NCBI GenBank assembly: GCA_030066785.1
Contig: JASJAZ010000050.1
Location: 1 to 21,380, forward strand
Origin: Desulfobacterales bacterium
GTDB taxonomy: Bacteria > Desulfobacterota > Desulfobacteria > Desulfobacterales > JASJAZ01
Direction of reading: 5' to 3'
Length of the DNA stretch: 21,380 bases
Positions 6,163-15,101 of the stretch are shown here, piece by piece. The notes under the pieces are model-generated. The model searched no databases. It was not told the origin of the DNA and saw only the letters and a program-made list of their open reading frames with translations. Position numbers and translations under genes: made by a program. Within the stretch, counting starts at the first letter, position 1. Each line of letters opens with the position of its first letter.

Positions 6163-7251
6163 ATGTCTAATACTTATCAGATCGCGGTTATACCGGGAGA
6201 CGGAACCGGCGCCGAAGTCGTCGATGAGGGACGCAAGGTGCTGCAAGCCGCAGCAGTGGAATATGGATTCGATTTAAAGATGACCGACTTTGATTTCGGC
6301 GGGGATCGTTATCTGCGCACCGGTGAAGTGCTGCCCGAAAGCGCTGTGGATGAACTACGCGGATTTGACAGCATCTACCTGGGGGCCATTGGGCATCCGG
6401 AGGTCAAACCCGGAATTCTGGAAAAAGGAATTTTATTGCGGCTGCGTTTCGAGCTGGACCAGTATATCAACCTGCGCCCGGTACGCCTCTATCCTGGAGT
6501 GGAAACACCGCTTAAAGATAAAACCCCTGAGCAGATCGACTATGTGGTGATTCGTGAAAACAGCGGCGGTATCTATACGGGTACCGGCGGTGTCTCCATG
6601 AAAGGCACCGCACACGAAGTTGCCATACAAGGCATGGTTTACAATCGCTTTCAAGTGGAACGATGCCTGCGGTATGCTTTCGAGTACGCCCGGAAATACG
6701 GCAAAAAAGCGTGCGGCAAAGGCCAGGCCAACACTCTGGGTTTGGTGGGCAAAACAAACGTGCTCACCTATGTGTTCGATCTTTGGGAAAGGGTTTTTCA
6801 CGACATCGGCGAAAAAGACTATCCCGACGTGAATCGCGAGTACTACCATGTGGATGCCACCTGCATGTGGATGGTCAAAAGCCCGGAATGGTTCGACGTG
6901 CTGGTAACTGCCAATATGTTCGGCGATATTATCACCGATTTAGGCGCCGAAACTCAGGGCGGTATGGGCATCGCGGCGGGCGGCAATATTAACCCCGAAG
7001 GGGTTAGTATGTTTGAGCCCATCGGTGGTTCGGCTCCCAAATATACCGGTAAAAACATCATCAACCCCCTGGCCGCCATCTGCGCCGGCGCCATGATGCT
7101 GCAAACCTTAGGAGAAGTTGAAGCGGCCGGTGCAGTGGAAGAAGCGGTCAAAAAGGTGACGGGTACAAAAATCAAAAGCCTTGCCGTCGGAAAGATGGGG
7201 TACACCACCAGCGAGGTCGGCGATCTGGTGGTCGGATATATTGGCAAGTAA
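6163..7251 (+). CDS. Tartrate dehydrogenase / D-malate dehydrogenase (decarboxylating) family enzyme, within the isocitrate/isopropylmalate dehydrogenase superfamily
   Basis: IAVIPGDGTGAEV, NLRPVRLYPGV, VVIRENSGGIYTG and FEPIGGSAPKYTGKNIINP...AGAMML align with E. coli DmlA/YeaU-type enzymes. GGAGG lies 9 nt upstream of the ATG. Confidence 0.7.
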   Translation: MSNTYQIAVIPGDGTGAEVVDEGRKVLQAAAVEYGFDLKMTDFDFGGDRYLRTGEVLPESAVDELRGFDSIYLGAIGHPEVKPGILEKGILLRLRFELDQYINLRPVRLYPGVETPLKDKTPEQIDYVVIRENSGGIYTGTGGVSMKGTAHEVAIQGMVYNRFQVERCLRYAFEYARKYGKKACGKGQANTLGLVGKTNVLTYVFDLWERVFHDIGEKDYPDVNREYYHVDATCMWMVKSPEWFDVLVTANMFGDIITDLGAETQGGMGIAAGGNINPEGVSMFEPIGGSAPKYTGKNIINPLAAICAGAMMLQTLGEVEAAGAVEEAVKKVTGTKIKSLAVGKMGYTTSEVGDLVVGYIGK

Positions 7252-7446
7252 TTCGTTAAATCGGATTCAGTCGGGACCTCTTTAAGCAACAATCAGCGAA
7301 AGGAGATGATGAAAAAGGCAACACATTTTTACGTATGTTTCGCTTGCCGCCTGGATTGCAACATAGGATAGGGTGATCCTGAGTGTTTAATATTAACTCC
7401 GCCCGCAAGCTGTTCCACACGCAAGGGCGAAAGGTGACAACGCGCA

Positions 7447-8871
7447 TCAATCTTCATACCCCACCCGATGAATTTTGATCATGTTGGTAGATCCCTCTTT
7501 CAAGCCCATACCGATCACCAGAACGATTAAATCCTCTTTAGTGACGAGGCCTTTCTCGATCAGCAGGTGCTCGCTGCCCTCAATCAGACGCCGGGCGTCC
7601 TTTATTTCAGGAATATACATGGGCGTGATGCCCCACAGCAATGACAGACGGTTGTAGGTGGCCTTGCCGGAGGTAAAGGCATAGACCGGGTTTGAGGGGC
7701 GCTGCTTGGAAATCTGTTTGGAGGTTTTGCCAGAAACCGAAAAGGCTACGATGCTGTTGCCGTTGATTTCGTGCAGAATGTTGACCGCCGACTGGGCCAC
7801 TGCATGGGTGACCAGATCGCTAGGATCGCGCTCGAATTGGATGTTGTAGCGCATAAAGGCGGAGCTTTCGGCTTCCCGGGCAATTTTGACCATCATGCGT
7901 ACCGCCTTGACCGGAAAACGGCCGGTGGCGGTTTCCCCGGATAGCATGACCGCGTCGGTGCCGTCCAAAATGGCGTTGGCCACATCCGACGCTTCGGCTC
8001 GTGTGGGGATGGGGTTGGCGCTCATGGTCTCCAGCATCTGAGTGGCCGTGATAACCAGCTTGTTTTGGTGGGTGGCTTTGTGGATGATGTGCTTCTGTAT
8101 CGTGGGAATCAGTTCGAGTTTGAGCTCGACGCCTAGATCACCCCGGGCCACCATAATGCCGTCGGCGGACTCTAGGATCTCGCTGAGGTTTTCGATGGCC
8201 TCTGGTTTTTCGATTTTGGCAATCACCGGAATGTCGCTGCCCTGCCGTTTCAAAATGGCCTTTATCTGTTTGAGGTCCTCGGATGAGCGTACAAACGACA
8301 GCGCGAAATAATCAACATTGTACTGGATGCCGAAATTGACATCGCGTTTGTCCTTTTCGGTCAAAGACGGCGCCGACACCTTGACACCCGGCAGGTTGAT
8401 GCCTTTGTTTTCCTTTAAATACCCACCGTTGACCACCCGGCACTCCACCGTGCGCTCGCGGGTGTTCTCGACTTCCAGCCGGATCAGTCCGTCATCCAGC
8501 AGAATGGTATCGCCTTTGCGAACATCGGTAACCAAACGCCGGTAGGTGGTGGAAACCATCTCGGCGGTGCCCTTCAACGTCCGTGAAGTGATGGCAAATT
8601 TCCGGTTGCGTCTCAGGCGCACCGGCTTGCCACCCTCCAGTTTGCCCACCCGGATTTTAGGGCCCTGCAGGTCCATCAGGATGCCCACCGGCCGGTTCTT
8701 GGAGCGGGAGATGGACCGGATGTTCCGGATCGCTTCCGCATGATCTTCATAAGAGCCGTGGGAAAAATTCAAACGGGCCACATTCATGCCAGCTTCCACC
8801 ATTTTTTCCAAAACGTCGCGGGTGTTGGATGCCGGCCCAATGGTTGCCACGATTTTAGTTCTGCGCTTCAT
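7447..8871 (-). CDS. pyk: Pyruvate kinase
   Basis: MKRRTKIVATIGPAS...NVARLNFSHGS...MDLQGPKIR... carries the canonical pyruvate kinase motifs. GAGG lies 8 nt upstream of the ATG. Confidence 0.9.
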   Translation of the reverse strand: MKRRTKIVATIGPASNTRDVLEKMVEAGMNVARLNFSHGSYEDHAEAIRNIRSISRSKNRPVGILMDLQGPKIRVGKLEGGKPVRLRRNRKFAITSRTLKGTAEMVSTTYRRLVTDVRKGDTILLDDGLIRLEVENTRERTVECRVVNGGYLKENKGINLPGVKVSAPSLTEKDKRDVNFGIQYNVDYFALSFVRSSEDLKQIKAILKRQGSDIPVIAKIEKPEAIENLSEILESADGIMVARGDLGVELKLELIPTIQKHIIHKATHQNKLVITATQMLETMSANPIPTRAEASDVANAILDGTDAVMLSGETATGRFPVKAVRMMVKIAREAESSAFMRYNIQFERDPSDLVTHAVAQSAVNILHEINGNSIVAFSVSGKTSKQISKQRPSNPVYAFTSGKATYNRLSLLWGITPMYIPEIKDARRLIEGSEHLLIEKGLVTKEDLIVLVIGMGLKEGSTNMIKIHRVGYED

Positions 8872-9247
8872 TGTATACCTCTGCAGTTTTTACCAAGTTT
8901 TCTAAAGTTGCCAAATGATTTGGGGATCTTTGCGGGCCGGTAACCGTTGATACCTATACTGCGGATATTCCACCGTCATGAATCCATATGCCTGGTTACC
9001 TTGGGGTAGGCCGGACAAACCGCTGTGCAAATGCCATCCTGAGTGCATGTTTTCGAAGGAAAGCAAATAAAACCACAGTAAATTCCTTTCGTATTTAATC
9101 AGTGGGTATCACCTAAGGACAACGTGTACGGGCGTAAAAGCCTGATGTAACATCCAGTCACTTGAGAAGTGTCAGACGCTTCAGCTAAAGAAGCTCAGGC
9201 AGGGTTTTAGATGTTGATTTTGACTTAACAATATCGTCTATAGAACA

Positions 9248-9478
9248 TTATTCAACAATTTCCAGAAAGTAACGTTTATCGCTCTTTCCGGCGGCGGCGT
9301 TTAGCAGTGTTCTGATCGCCTGTGCATTGCGACCGTGTTTGCCGATAACTTTGCCAATGTCCTGCTTTGCCAATCTGAGTTCAATAACACAGGTTTGCTC
9401 GCCTTCAATTTCGTTTACTTTTACCTGCTCGGGATAATCAACCATTGCCTTTACGATATTCTTGATAAAATCTTTCAT
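9248..9478 (-). CDS. Small KH-domain RNA-binding protein (YlqC / UPF0109-like)
   Basis: The 76-aa protein has a GKVIGKHGRNAQAIRTLL KH motif. AAAGG lies upstream of the ATG. Confidence 0.65.
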   Translation of the reverse strand: MKDFIKNIVKAMVDYPEQVKVNEIEGEQTCVIELRLAKQDIGKVIGKHGRNAQAIRTLLNAAAGKSDKRYFLEIVE

Positions 9479-9798
9479 GGGACATTACCTTTCAGCCGCT
9501 CTTGATTAGGACCGAGTCAGAATGATTGGTCTCTGGTTAATTTCACCTTCGCTCCATGCAACAGATAGCTACTGCATCGATAATAGATAATTTCGGACAA
9601 ACACCCGGATGAATTAGATCTAGCTAATTCTTGGCGACCTACCCTTTTTGTTGTTCGACCGCATCTTAGGGCAAGTAAATAAGAATATCAGATGGTATAT
9701 AATGAATATTTGAATTTTATGGCCGTGTCAAAAGGAAAAATATGGGATACACGTTTGATATGTGGCTTATAGATATCGTTGTTTAAGCTCCGATAAAA

Positions 9799-9821
9799 AA
9801 TCCTGTACAAGCTGCAGGATT
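9799..9821 (-). terminator. Hairpin AATCCTG-(9)-CAGGATT followed by U6 on the minus strand; terminator-like, with no annotated upstream gene
   Basis: Read directly: a 7-bp stem, extendable by one G-U and one A-U pair, with a run of six A on the plus strand (U6 in the minus-strand transcript) immediately 3' of it. Confidence 0.3.
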
Positions 9822-9935
9822 CTTCATTCATATTTTCAGGCCTAAGAAAGGCTCAATATTTGCACTATGTTGGTAAATTTACTAATATGAAGATTTAAAT
9901 TCTGGAAAATTTGTTAAATTAGATAAGTAACTATT

Positions 9936-12233
9936 ATGATTAAAAAAATATTCATCGCTGCGGCGGCAATATTTATACTGTTGTTGAGCAGTATCTTGGC
10001 ATATGGCTGGTATCTGGCCAGTCATGTTGATGATCGTTTTTCAGCACGTCGCTGGAGTATCCCCTCCAAAGTGTATTCTGATACGTTTTTACTATATCCG
10101 GGCCAACAGATTAACCGGCAATTATTCGGGCACAGACTAAAGCGGCTGGGTTATCGCATCATTTCTCGTCAGCCCCAGCGTAAGGGTGAAATGCAAATTT
10201 ACACTGGCGGTATCCGTCTTTTTCTTAATGACTTAAAGACGCCATGGCGCATGCGGCCCGGCTTTCTTATTGACATTGAAATTGATGCCAACACGATTAC
10301 TTCCATTTTCAAATCAAGTACGGATGAACGTTTATCGCTTCTGGAATTGGAGCCCGAAGAGATCACACAATTTTTTGGTATTAAGCGAGAAGTTCGTCAA
10401 CTGGTGGCCATCAATGAAGTTCCGCAACATTTCATCCAGGCTGTGATGGCCGCTGAGGATAACCGCTTTTATTCACATGGGGGCATCGATCCGCGCGGCA
10501 TTGCCCGGGCCCTGATGACGAATATTGTCTACGGTTCCATTCGGCAAGGTGGCTCCACGATCACACAACAACTGGCCAAAAACTATTTTTTAACGCCGGA
10601 AAGAACCATTTCACGAAAACTTAAAGAAATGATTCTTTCGGTCATCCTAGAGTTGAAATACAGCAAAGCCGAAATCTTAGAAATTTATTTCAACGAGATT
10701 TACCTTGGTCAGAAAGGTTCTATATCCGTAAATGGTGTTGGCGAAGCGTCCTATTTTTACTTTGGCAAATCTGTTTCAGATTTAACGCTATCCGAATCCG
10801 CTGTTATTGCTGGTCTGATTAAAGCCCCCAATATTTATTCGCCGTATGTTGATATCAAAAAATGCCGTTCGCGCCGCAATGATGTGTTACAGGCGATGCA
10901 CCGCCTAAAATGGATTAGTGCGGCCCAACTTAATGCACAGCAAAAATTAAACATTAAAACTGTTGGGTTTACCGATTACGGTAAAAAAGCGCCTTACTTT
11001 ATCGATTATTTGGCCCAACAACTTACAAGCTTATATCGCCCTGAGGATTTAACCAGCCTGGGCTTATCGATCTACACCACCATGGATACCCAGGTTCAAA
11101 TAGCGGCAGAGACATCTTTAAAAGCGGGATTAATACGATTAGAACAGCATAACTCTATGCTGCAGCGCAAGAATCCGGGCCGGAGACTTCAAGGTGCTGT
11201 GATCGTATTGCAGCCCAAAACCGGGCATATTTTGGCTTTGGTCGGAGGGCGCAACTACGGGCAAAGCCAGTTTAATCGCATCACTCAAGCACGTCGCCAG
11301 CCTGGAAGTGCCTTTAAACCATTTGTATTTGCAACAGCATTGGATGAATTCACACCCGTGACACCGCTGTCCAATGAATCTCAAACCTATGAAGTAAACG
11401 GCAAGCCTTGGCAGCCCAAAAACTTTGACCCAGACGCGCCGGAACGAGTAACATTTCGACAAGCCCTTGAGAACTCATATAATCTTGCCACGGTTGATTT
11501 GGCGATGCAAATCGGACTTGAACCTATTATTGACAACGCCAAACGTTTCGGATTTTCGACTCCTTTGAAACCATTTCCGTCGCTGGCCTTGGGAGCCTTT
11601 GAAGTGGAGCCTCTCGAACTTGCCAGAGCCTACTGCGTGTTTGCGGCTGATGGCATTTTGCCCAATCCCTTACCGCTTAAAGCCGTAGTTGATGAAAATG
11701 ACAACATGCTCGCACAGCGTTATCTAAAGGTGGCGCAGTTAATCTCTCCAGCCAAAGCGTTTATGCTTTCATCGCTTCTGCAGGGCGTGGTGACACAGGG
11801 AACGGCCCGAAAACTGATCAATTACGGTATTAATTGGCCGGTAGCCGGAAAAACAGGCACTTCGAATGACTTCAGAGATGCGTGGTTTGTCGGTTACACG
11901 CCGGATATTCTGGCCTTGATCTGGGTAGGTTTTGACAATGGCGATTCGATTTATACCACGGGCTCGGCTGCTGCAATGCCGATTTGGGCTAATTTAGTAC
12001 AAAAAATTCCAGAGCATATCTCCGGTAAAGCATTTCGCATACCAGAGGGTATCGAAACACACAGCGTATGCGCGGATGCCGCCAGTCAAATCGGCCAACA
12101 ACCTTGTGCCACCAAAATTAATGAACACTTTTTAGCTTCCAATATGCCGACGGGCTTGTCTCCTTCTAAAAAGGGTAGCGGGATATTTAATAGATTTTTT
12201 AAATCAATCAAAGACGCGTTTAAAGGTTCTTAA
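9936..12233 (+). CDS. Class A penicillin-binding protein (PBP1A-type bifunctional transglycosylase/transpeptidase)
   Basis: There is an N-terminal TM segment, a GT51 motif (AVMAAEDNRFYSHGGID), and transpeptidase motifs SAFK, SYN and KTGT. Confidence 0.85.
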   Translation: MIKKIFIAAAAIFILLLSSILAYGWYLASHVDDRFSARRWSIPSKVYSDTFLLYPGQQINRQLFGHRLKRLGYRIISRQPQRKGEMQIYTGGIRLFLNDLKTPWRMRPGFLIDIEIDANTITSIFKSSTDERLSLLELEPEEITQFFGIKREVRQLVAINEVPQHFIQAVMAAEDNRFYSHGGIDPRGIARALMTNIVYGSIRQGGSTITQQLAKNYFLTPERTISRKLKEMILSVILELKYSKAEILEIYFNEIYLGQKGSISVNGVGEASYFYFGKSVSDLTLSESAVIAGLIKAPNIYSPYVDIKKCRSRRNDVLQAMHRLKWISAAQLNAQQKLNIKTVGFTDYGKKAPYFIDYLAQQLTSLYRPEDLTSLGLSIYTTMDTQVQIAAETSLKAGLIRLEQHNSMLQRKNPGRRLQGAVIVLQPKTGHILALVGGRNYGQSQFNRITQARRQPGSAFKPFVFATALDEFTPVTPLSNESQTYEVNGKPWQPKNFDPDAPERVTFRQALENSYNLATVDLAMQIGLEPIIDNAKRFGFSTPLKPFPSLALGAFEVEPLELARAYCVFAADGILPNPLPLKAVVDENDNMLAQRYLKVAQLISPAKAFMLSSLLQGVVTQGTARKLINYGINWPVAGKTGTSNDFRDAWFVGYTPDILALIWVGFDNGDSIYTTGSAAAMPIWANLVQKIPEHISGKAFRIPEGIETHSVCADAASQIGQQPCATKINEHFLASNMPTGLSPSKKGSGIFNRFFKSIKDAFKGS

Positions 12234-12234
12234 A

Positions 12235-12609
12235 TTGAAAAATTTATTTTTATTACTTTTGATCTTGGCTGGCTTATCGGCCTGCGTTCAAGTGGTTACG
12301 GTGCAAGAACCCAGCGCACGTGAAAAAGCTTCTCTGGAACTCACAGAGGAAGGCCGTACCTATCTTGAAAACAGTCAAATTGAAAATGCGATTCGAGTAC
12401 TTGAACAGGCCATCAGCCTTAATCCGACTAACGGACAGAGTTATTACTACCTTGCGCAAGCATGGTTGCAGAAAGGCGTTGCATCGGAAGCCCAAGAATT
12501 TAACCGTCTGGCCCATATCTATCTAAAAAATGATCAAGAGTGGTGGGATAGAGTTGACATTCAGGCGGCACAAATCAAAAAAATAAAAAAAAGAAAGCAA
12601 ATCCATTGA
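12235..12609 (+). CDS. TPR-repeat lipoprotein
   Basis: A signal peptide with lipobox LSAC is followed by a TPR-like AISLNPTNGQSYYYLAQAWLQKG. The start is TTG, 2 nt after the PBP stop codon. Confidence 0.55.
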   Translation: MKNLFLLLLILAGLSACVQVVTVQEPSAREKASLELTEEGRTYLENSQIENAIRVLEQAISLNPTNGQSYYYLAQAWLQKGVASEAQEFNRLAHIYLKNDQEWWDRVDIQAAQIKKIKKRKQIH

Positions 12610-12767
12610 TGACATATTTGTTTTCAATTGTTCCAACTCACGGTATATAACATCATCACCGCTGCGGTTGTTTGTATCCTTTTCGCCCGATAGTGTCTCT
12701 TTATTTTTGGGTGATTCTCCATCACCCACGAAAGATGCTGATGTTAATTCATCTTTCTCCTCCTCCG

Positions 12768-12802
12768 GGTGGTTCATCAAACGATGAACCACCACTTTTT
12801 GG
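12768..12802 (+). terminator. Rho-independent terminator
   Basis: A perfect 11-bp stem GGTGGTTCATC / GATGAACCACC with a 4-nt loop is followed by ACTTTTTGG. Confidence 0.6.
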
Positions 12803-13035
12803 AGAACCATGCGACTTTCGCCTACCTTATCTTAGCAGTCCAACCCTACACCAATTTTATATCCATGAGATCATCCGTGGTCCATCAACATGGTTTTCTT
12901 CGGAATAATCGATATGGCAAAAAAGGCCTTGAATCCCTTGTTTGGTTTTAGTTTATTAATCTTTTAATCAACGATTCACCTATCATTAAATTAACGATGG
13001 AAATATATTGATACTTTTTTTGCCGTTACCCTGAG

Positions 13036-13740
13036 ATGAAAACAGACAAAATTGCAAGTACATATGCACGTATGCGGGAAATTGTCTTCAACGACCGTTT
13101 CAGTTCCCGCTTTGGAGCCATTTTTTTTACCTTTTGGATTGGACAACGGGTCTACTTTAATTTTGAACATCTCTATCCCTTAACGATTTATGCACTGACT
13201 TGGTGGCTCATTACCTTTCAATTTTGTATTTTTGTTTTCGCCTATTTGACACGCTTTAATGCCCGCGAACATGCCCACGGATTCATAGAAGTGATATTCC
13301 CATTTATCTGTGCGGCCATGCCGTTTGCTTTAATAATGGATTACCCCTTCCGTCCAACAACTTACGATCTGGTTTTGCTAAGACCGCTATCAACGTCAAT
13401 GGTCATTGGGGGAACGCTGATCATTATGGCAGGTGTGTTTTGCTTGCGAAGATCATTTTCGATTATGACTGAAGTCCGACGCCCTGTTTATGGTGGCATT
13501 TACCGCTGGACCAGGCATCCCATGTATGTGGGCTCAATGCTGACCGCATTGGGCGCTTTTTTTCAGAATTTTAGTTGGTGGAATGGATTCATTCTGATCA
13601 TTTTCTGCCTATGTCAAATCTACCGCGCCCATCGTGAGGAAATAAAAATCATTAAAATCTTTGATGAATACGAAACATATGCGACCAAGGTGGGATGGCT
13701 TTGGAAAATTGGTCGGCGCAAATCTACGCAACCTGTATAA
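13036..13740 (+). CDS. Isoprenylcysteine carboxyl methyltransferase (ICMT) / phospholipid methyltransferase family membrane protein
   Basis: The protein is multi-TM with the C-terminal GIYRWTRHPMYVGSML signature (RHPxY). The exact start is uncertain. Confidence 0.65.
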   Translation: MKTDKIASTYARMREIVFNDRFSSRFGAIFFTFWIGQRVYFNFEHLYPLTIYALTWWLITFQFCIFVFAYLTRFNAREHAHGFIEVIFPFICAAMPFALIMDYPFRPTTYDLVLLRPLSTSMVIGGTLIIMAGVFCLRRSFSIMTEVRRPVYGGIYRWTRHPMYVGSMLTALGAFFQNFSWWNGFILIIFCLCQIYRAHREEIKIIKIFDEYETYATKVGWLWKIGRRKSTQPV

Positions 13741-13848
13741 GCAGGCAAGCCTAACATCTGGACAATTATTAAAATATGGGTTAGTAAGAGCTCCCATACA
13801 ATAGATTCTCATCCGATTCTCAATGCTTAAAAATAATATGGATCAAAA

Positions 13849-14463
13849 TTGAGCGGTCTAATTGCCTGCCATGAATGTGATTTAATGCAACGGGTGGGAA
13901 CTCTTCCCGAAGGAAGTACCGCCACATGCGTTCGTTGCGGAGCGATTCTCCACAAACGCAAACCCAACAGTATTGAACGCACATTAGCCTTTGCATTGTC
14001 CGGACTGATATTGTTTGGGGTCACCAATGCTTTTCCTTTTTTATCGCTTAAAATCGGCGCACAAGTCCAGGAGACAAAACTGATTACCGGCATTTTGGAG
14101 CTTCACAAAAGTGGAATGTCTGAAATCGCGTTTTTGGTATTTTTCACCACCATCCTGGTACCGTTTTTACAATTGACAGGCATCTTATATGTAGTGCTAT
14201 CGGTCAGATTTGGCCGCTTGTATCCAAAATTTAGACGCGTCTTTCGATACATCAATCTTCTGCAACCATGGGGGATGATGGAAGTGTTCATGCTGGGGAT
14301 TCTGGTATCAATTGTCAAACTGGCAAAGATGGCCAAGATTATTCCCGGAATCTCCATTTTTGCGTTTTTCGCGCTGATTGTGGTGATCGCTGCCGCCATT
14401 TCATCCCTTGATATGCATCTGGTATGGGAAAAATGCGACCAGTACCGCAAAAAACACCGATAA
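13849..14463 (+). CDS. pqiA: Paraquat-inducible protein A, first PqiA domain
   Basis: A zinc-ribbon CHECD...CVRCG is followed by TM helices. The putative start is TTG. Confidence 0.7.
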   Translation: MSGLIACHECDLMQRVGTLPEGSTATCVRCGAILHKRKPNSIERTLAFALSGLILFGVTNAFPFLSLKIGAQVQETKLITGILELHKSGMSEIAFLVFFTTILVPFLQLTGILYVVLSVRFGRLYPKFRRVFRYINLLQPWGMMEVFMLGILVSIVKLAKMAKIIPGISIFAFFALIVVIAAAISSLDMHLVWEKCDQYRKKHR

Positions 14464-15101
14464 TAACAGCTCGACAAGCCTCTTTAATTAGCTGTCATAG
14501 CTGTCACCTGCTCTGCAAGCCCACAGCTTTGGGAAGCAACCATGGTTTGGTGTGTCCCCGCTGCGGCGCAAAACTGCACTCGCGCAAAGTCAACAGCCTG
14601 AAGCGCACATGGGCCCTGATACTGGCAGCGTTTATTTTTTACATTCCCGCTAACCTGCTGCCGATTACAACCGTCATCTCTCTTGGCAAGGCCCAGTCAG
14701 ACACAATTATGAGCGGTGTAATTTATTTCATTCACACCGGCATGTGGCCCATCGCACTGGTCATTTTTGTGGCTAGTGTTTTCGTTCCCTTTTTAAAATT
14801 GATTATCCTGACATATTTGTTGATTACTGTTCAGCGCCGCTCCACATGGCGTTTAAAAGATCGCACCCGCCTGTACCGCATCACCGAAGCCGTGGGCCGT
14901 TGGTCGATGGTTGACATTTATGTGGTGACCATCCTGGTAGCACTGGTAAACCTAGGAGCGCTGGCCACAATATCGGCGGGCCCCGGTGCGATATTTTTTG
15001 CGGCAGTTGTTGTTACCACTATGTTTGCCGCCATGAGTTTTGACCCTCGATTGATGTGGGATGCAAAGGAGTCTCTTAATGGAAGAATCCAACACACCTG
15101 A
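14424..15101 (+). CDS. pqiA: Paraquat-inducible protein A, second PqiA domain
   Basis: CHSCH...CPRCG plus TM helices. This ORF is in the -1 frame relative to the first one and overlaps it by 40 nt. Confidence 0.7.
   Translation: MGKMRPVPQKTPIITARQASLISCHSCHLLCKPTALGSNHGLVCPRCGAKLHSRKVNSLKRTWALILAAFIFYIPANLLPITTVISLGKAQSDTIMSGVIYFIHTGMWPIALVIFVASVFVPFLKLIILTYLLITVQRRSTWRLKDRTRLYRITEAVGRWSMVDIYVVTILVALVNLGALATISAGPGAIFFAAVVVTTMFAAMSFDPRLMWDAKESLNGRIQHT

Noticed and set aside
6290-7292. Multiple 70-140-aa ORFs on both strands inside the dehydrogenase gene
   Set aside because: They are shadow ORFs within a CDS that has strong family homology.
7256-7450. A 64-aa minus-strand ORF in the convergent gap between the dehydrogenase and pyk
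   Set aside because: It has no RBS, no homology signal, and it overlaps the pyk 3' end region.
12523-12810. A 95-aa minus-strand ORF with an upstream GGAGGAGGAG
   Set aside because: It overlaps the 3' end of the TPR gene antisense. The protein is acidic and low-complexity with a hydrophobic tail, and it contains the terminator palindrome. The GGAGG run is the complement of the CU-rich tract. It is probably not coding.
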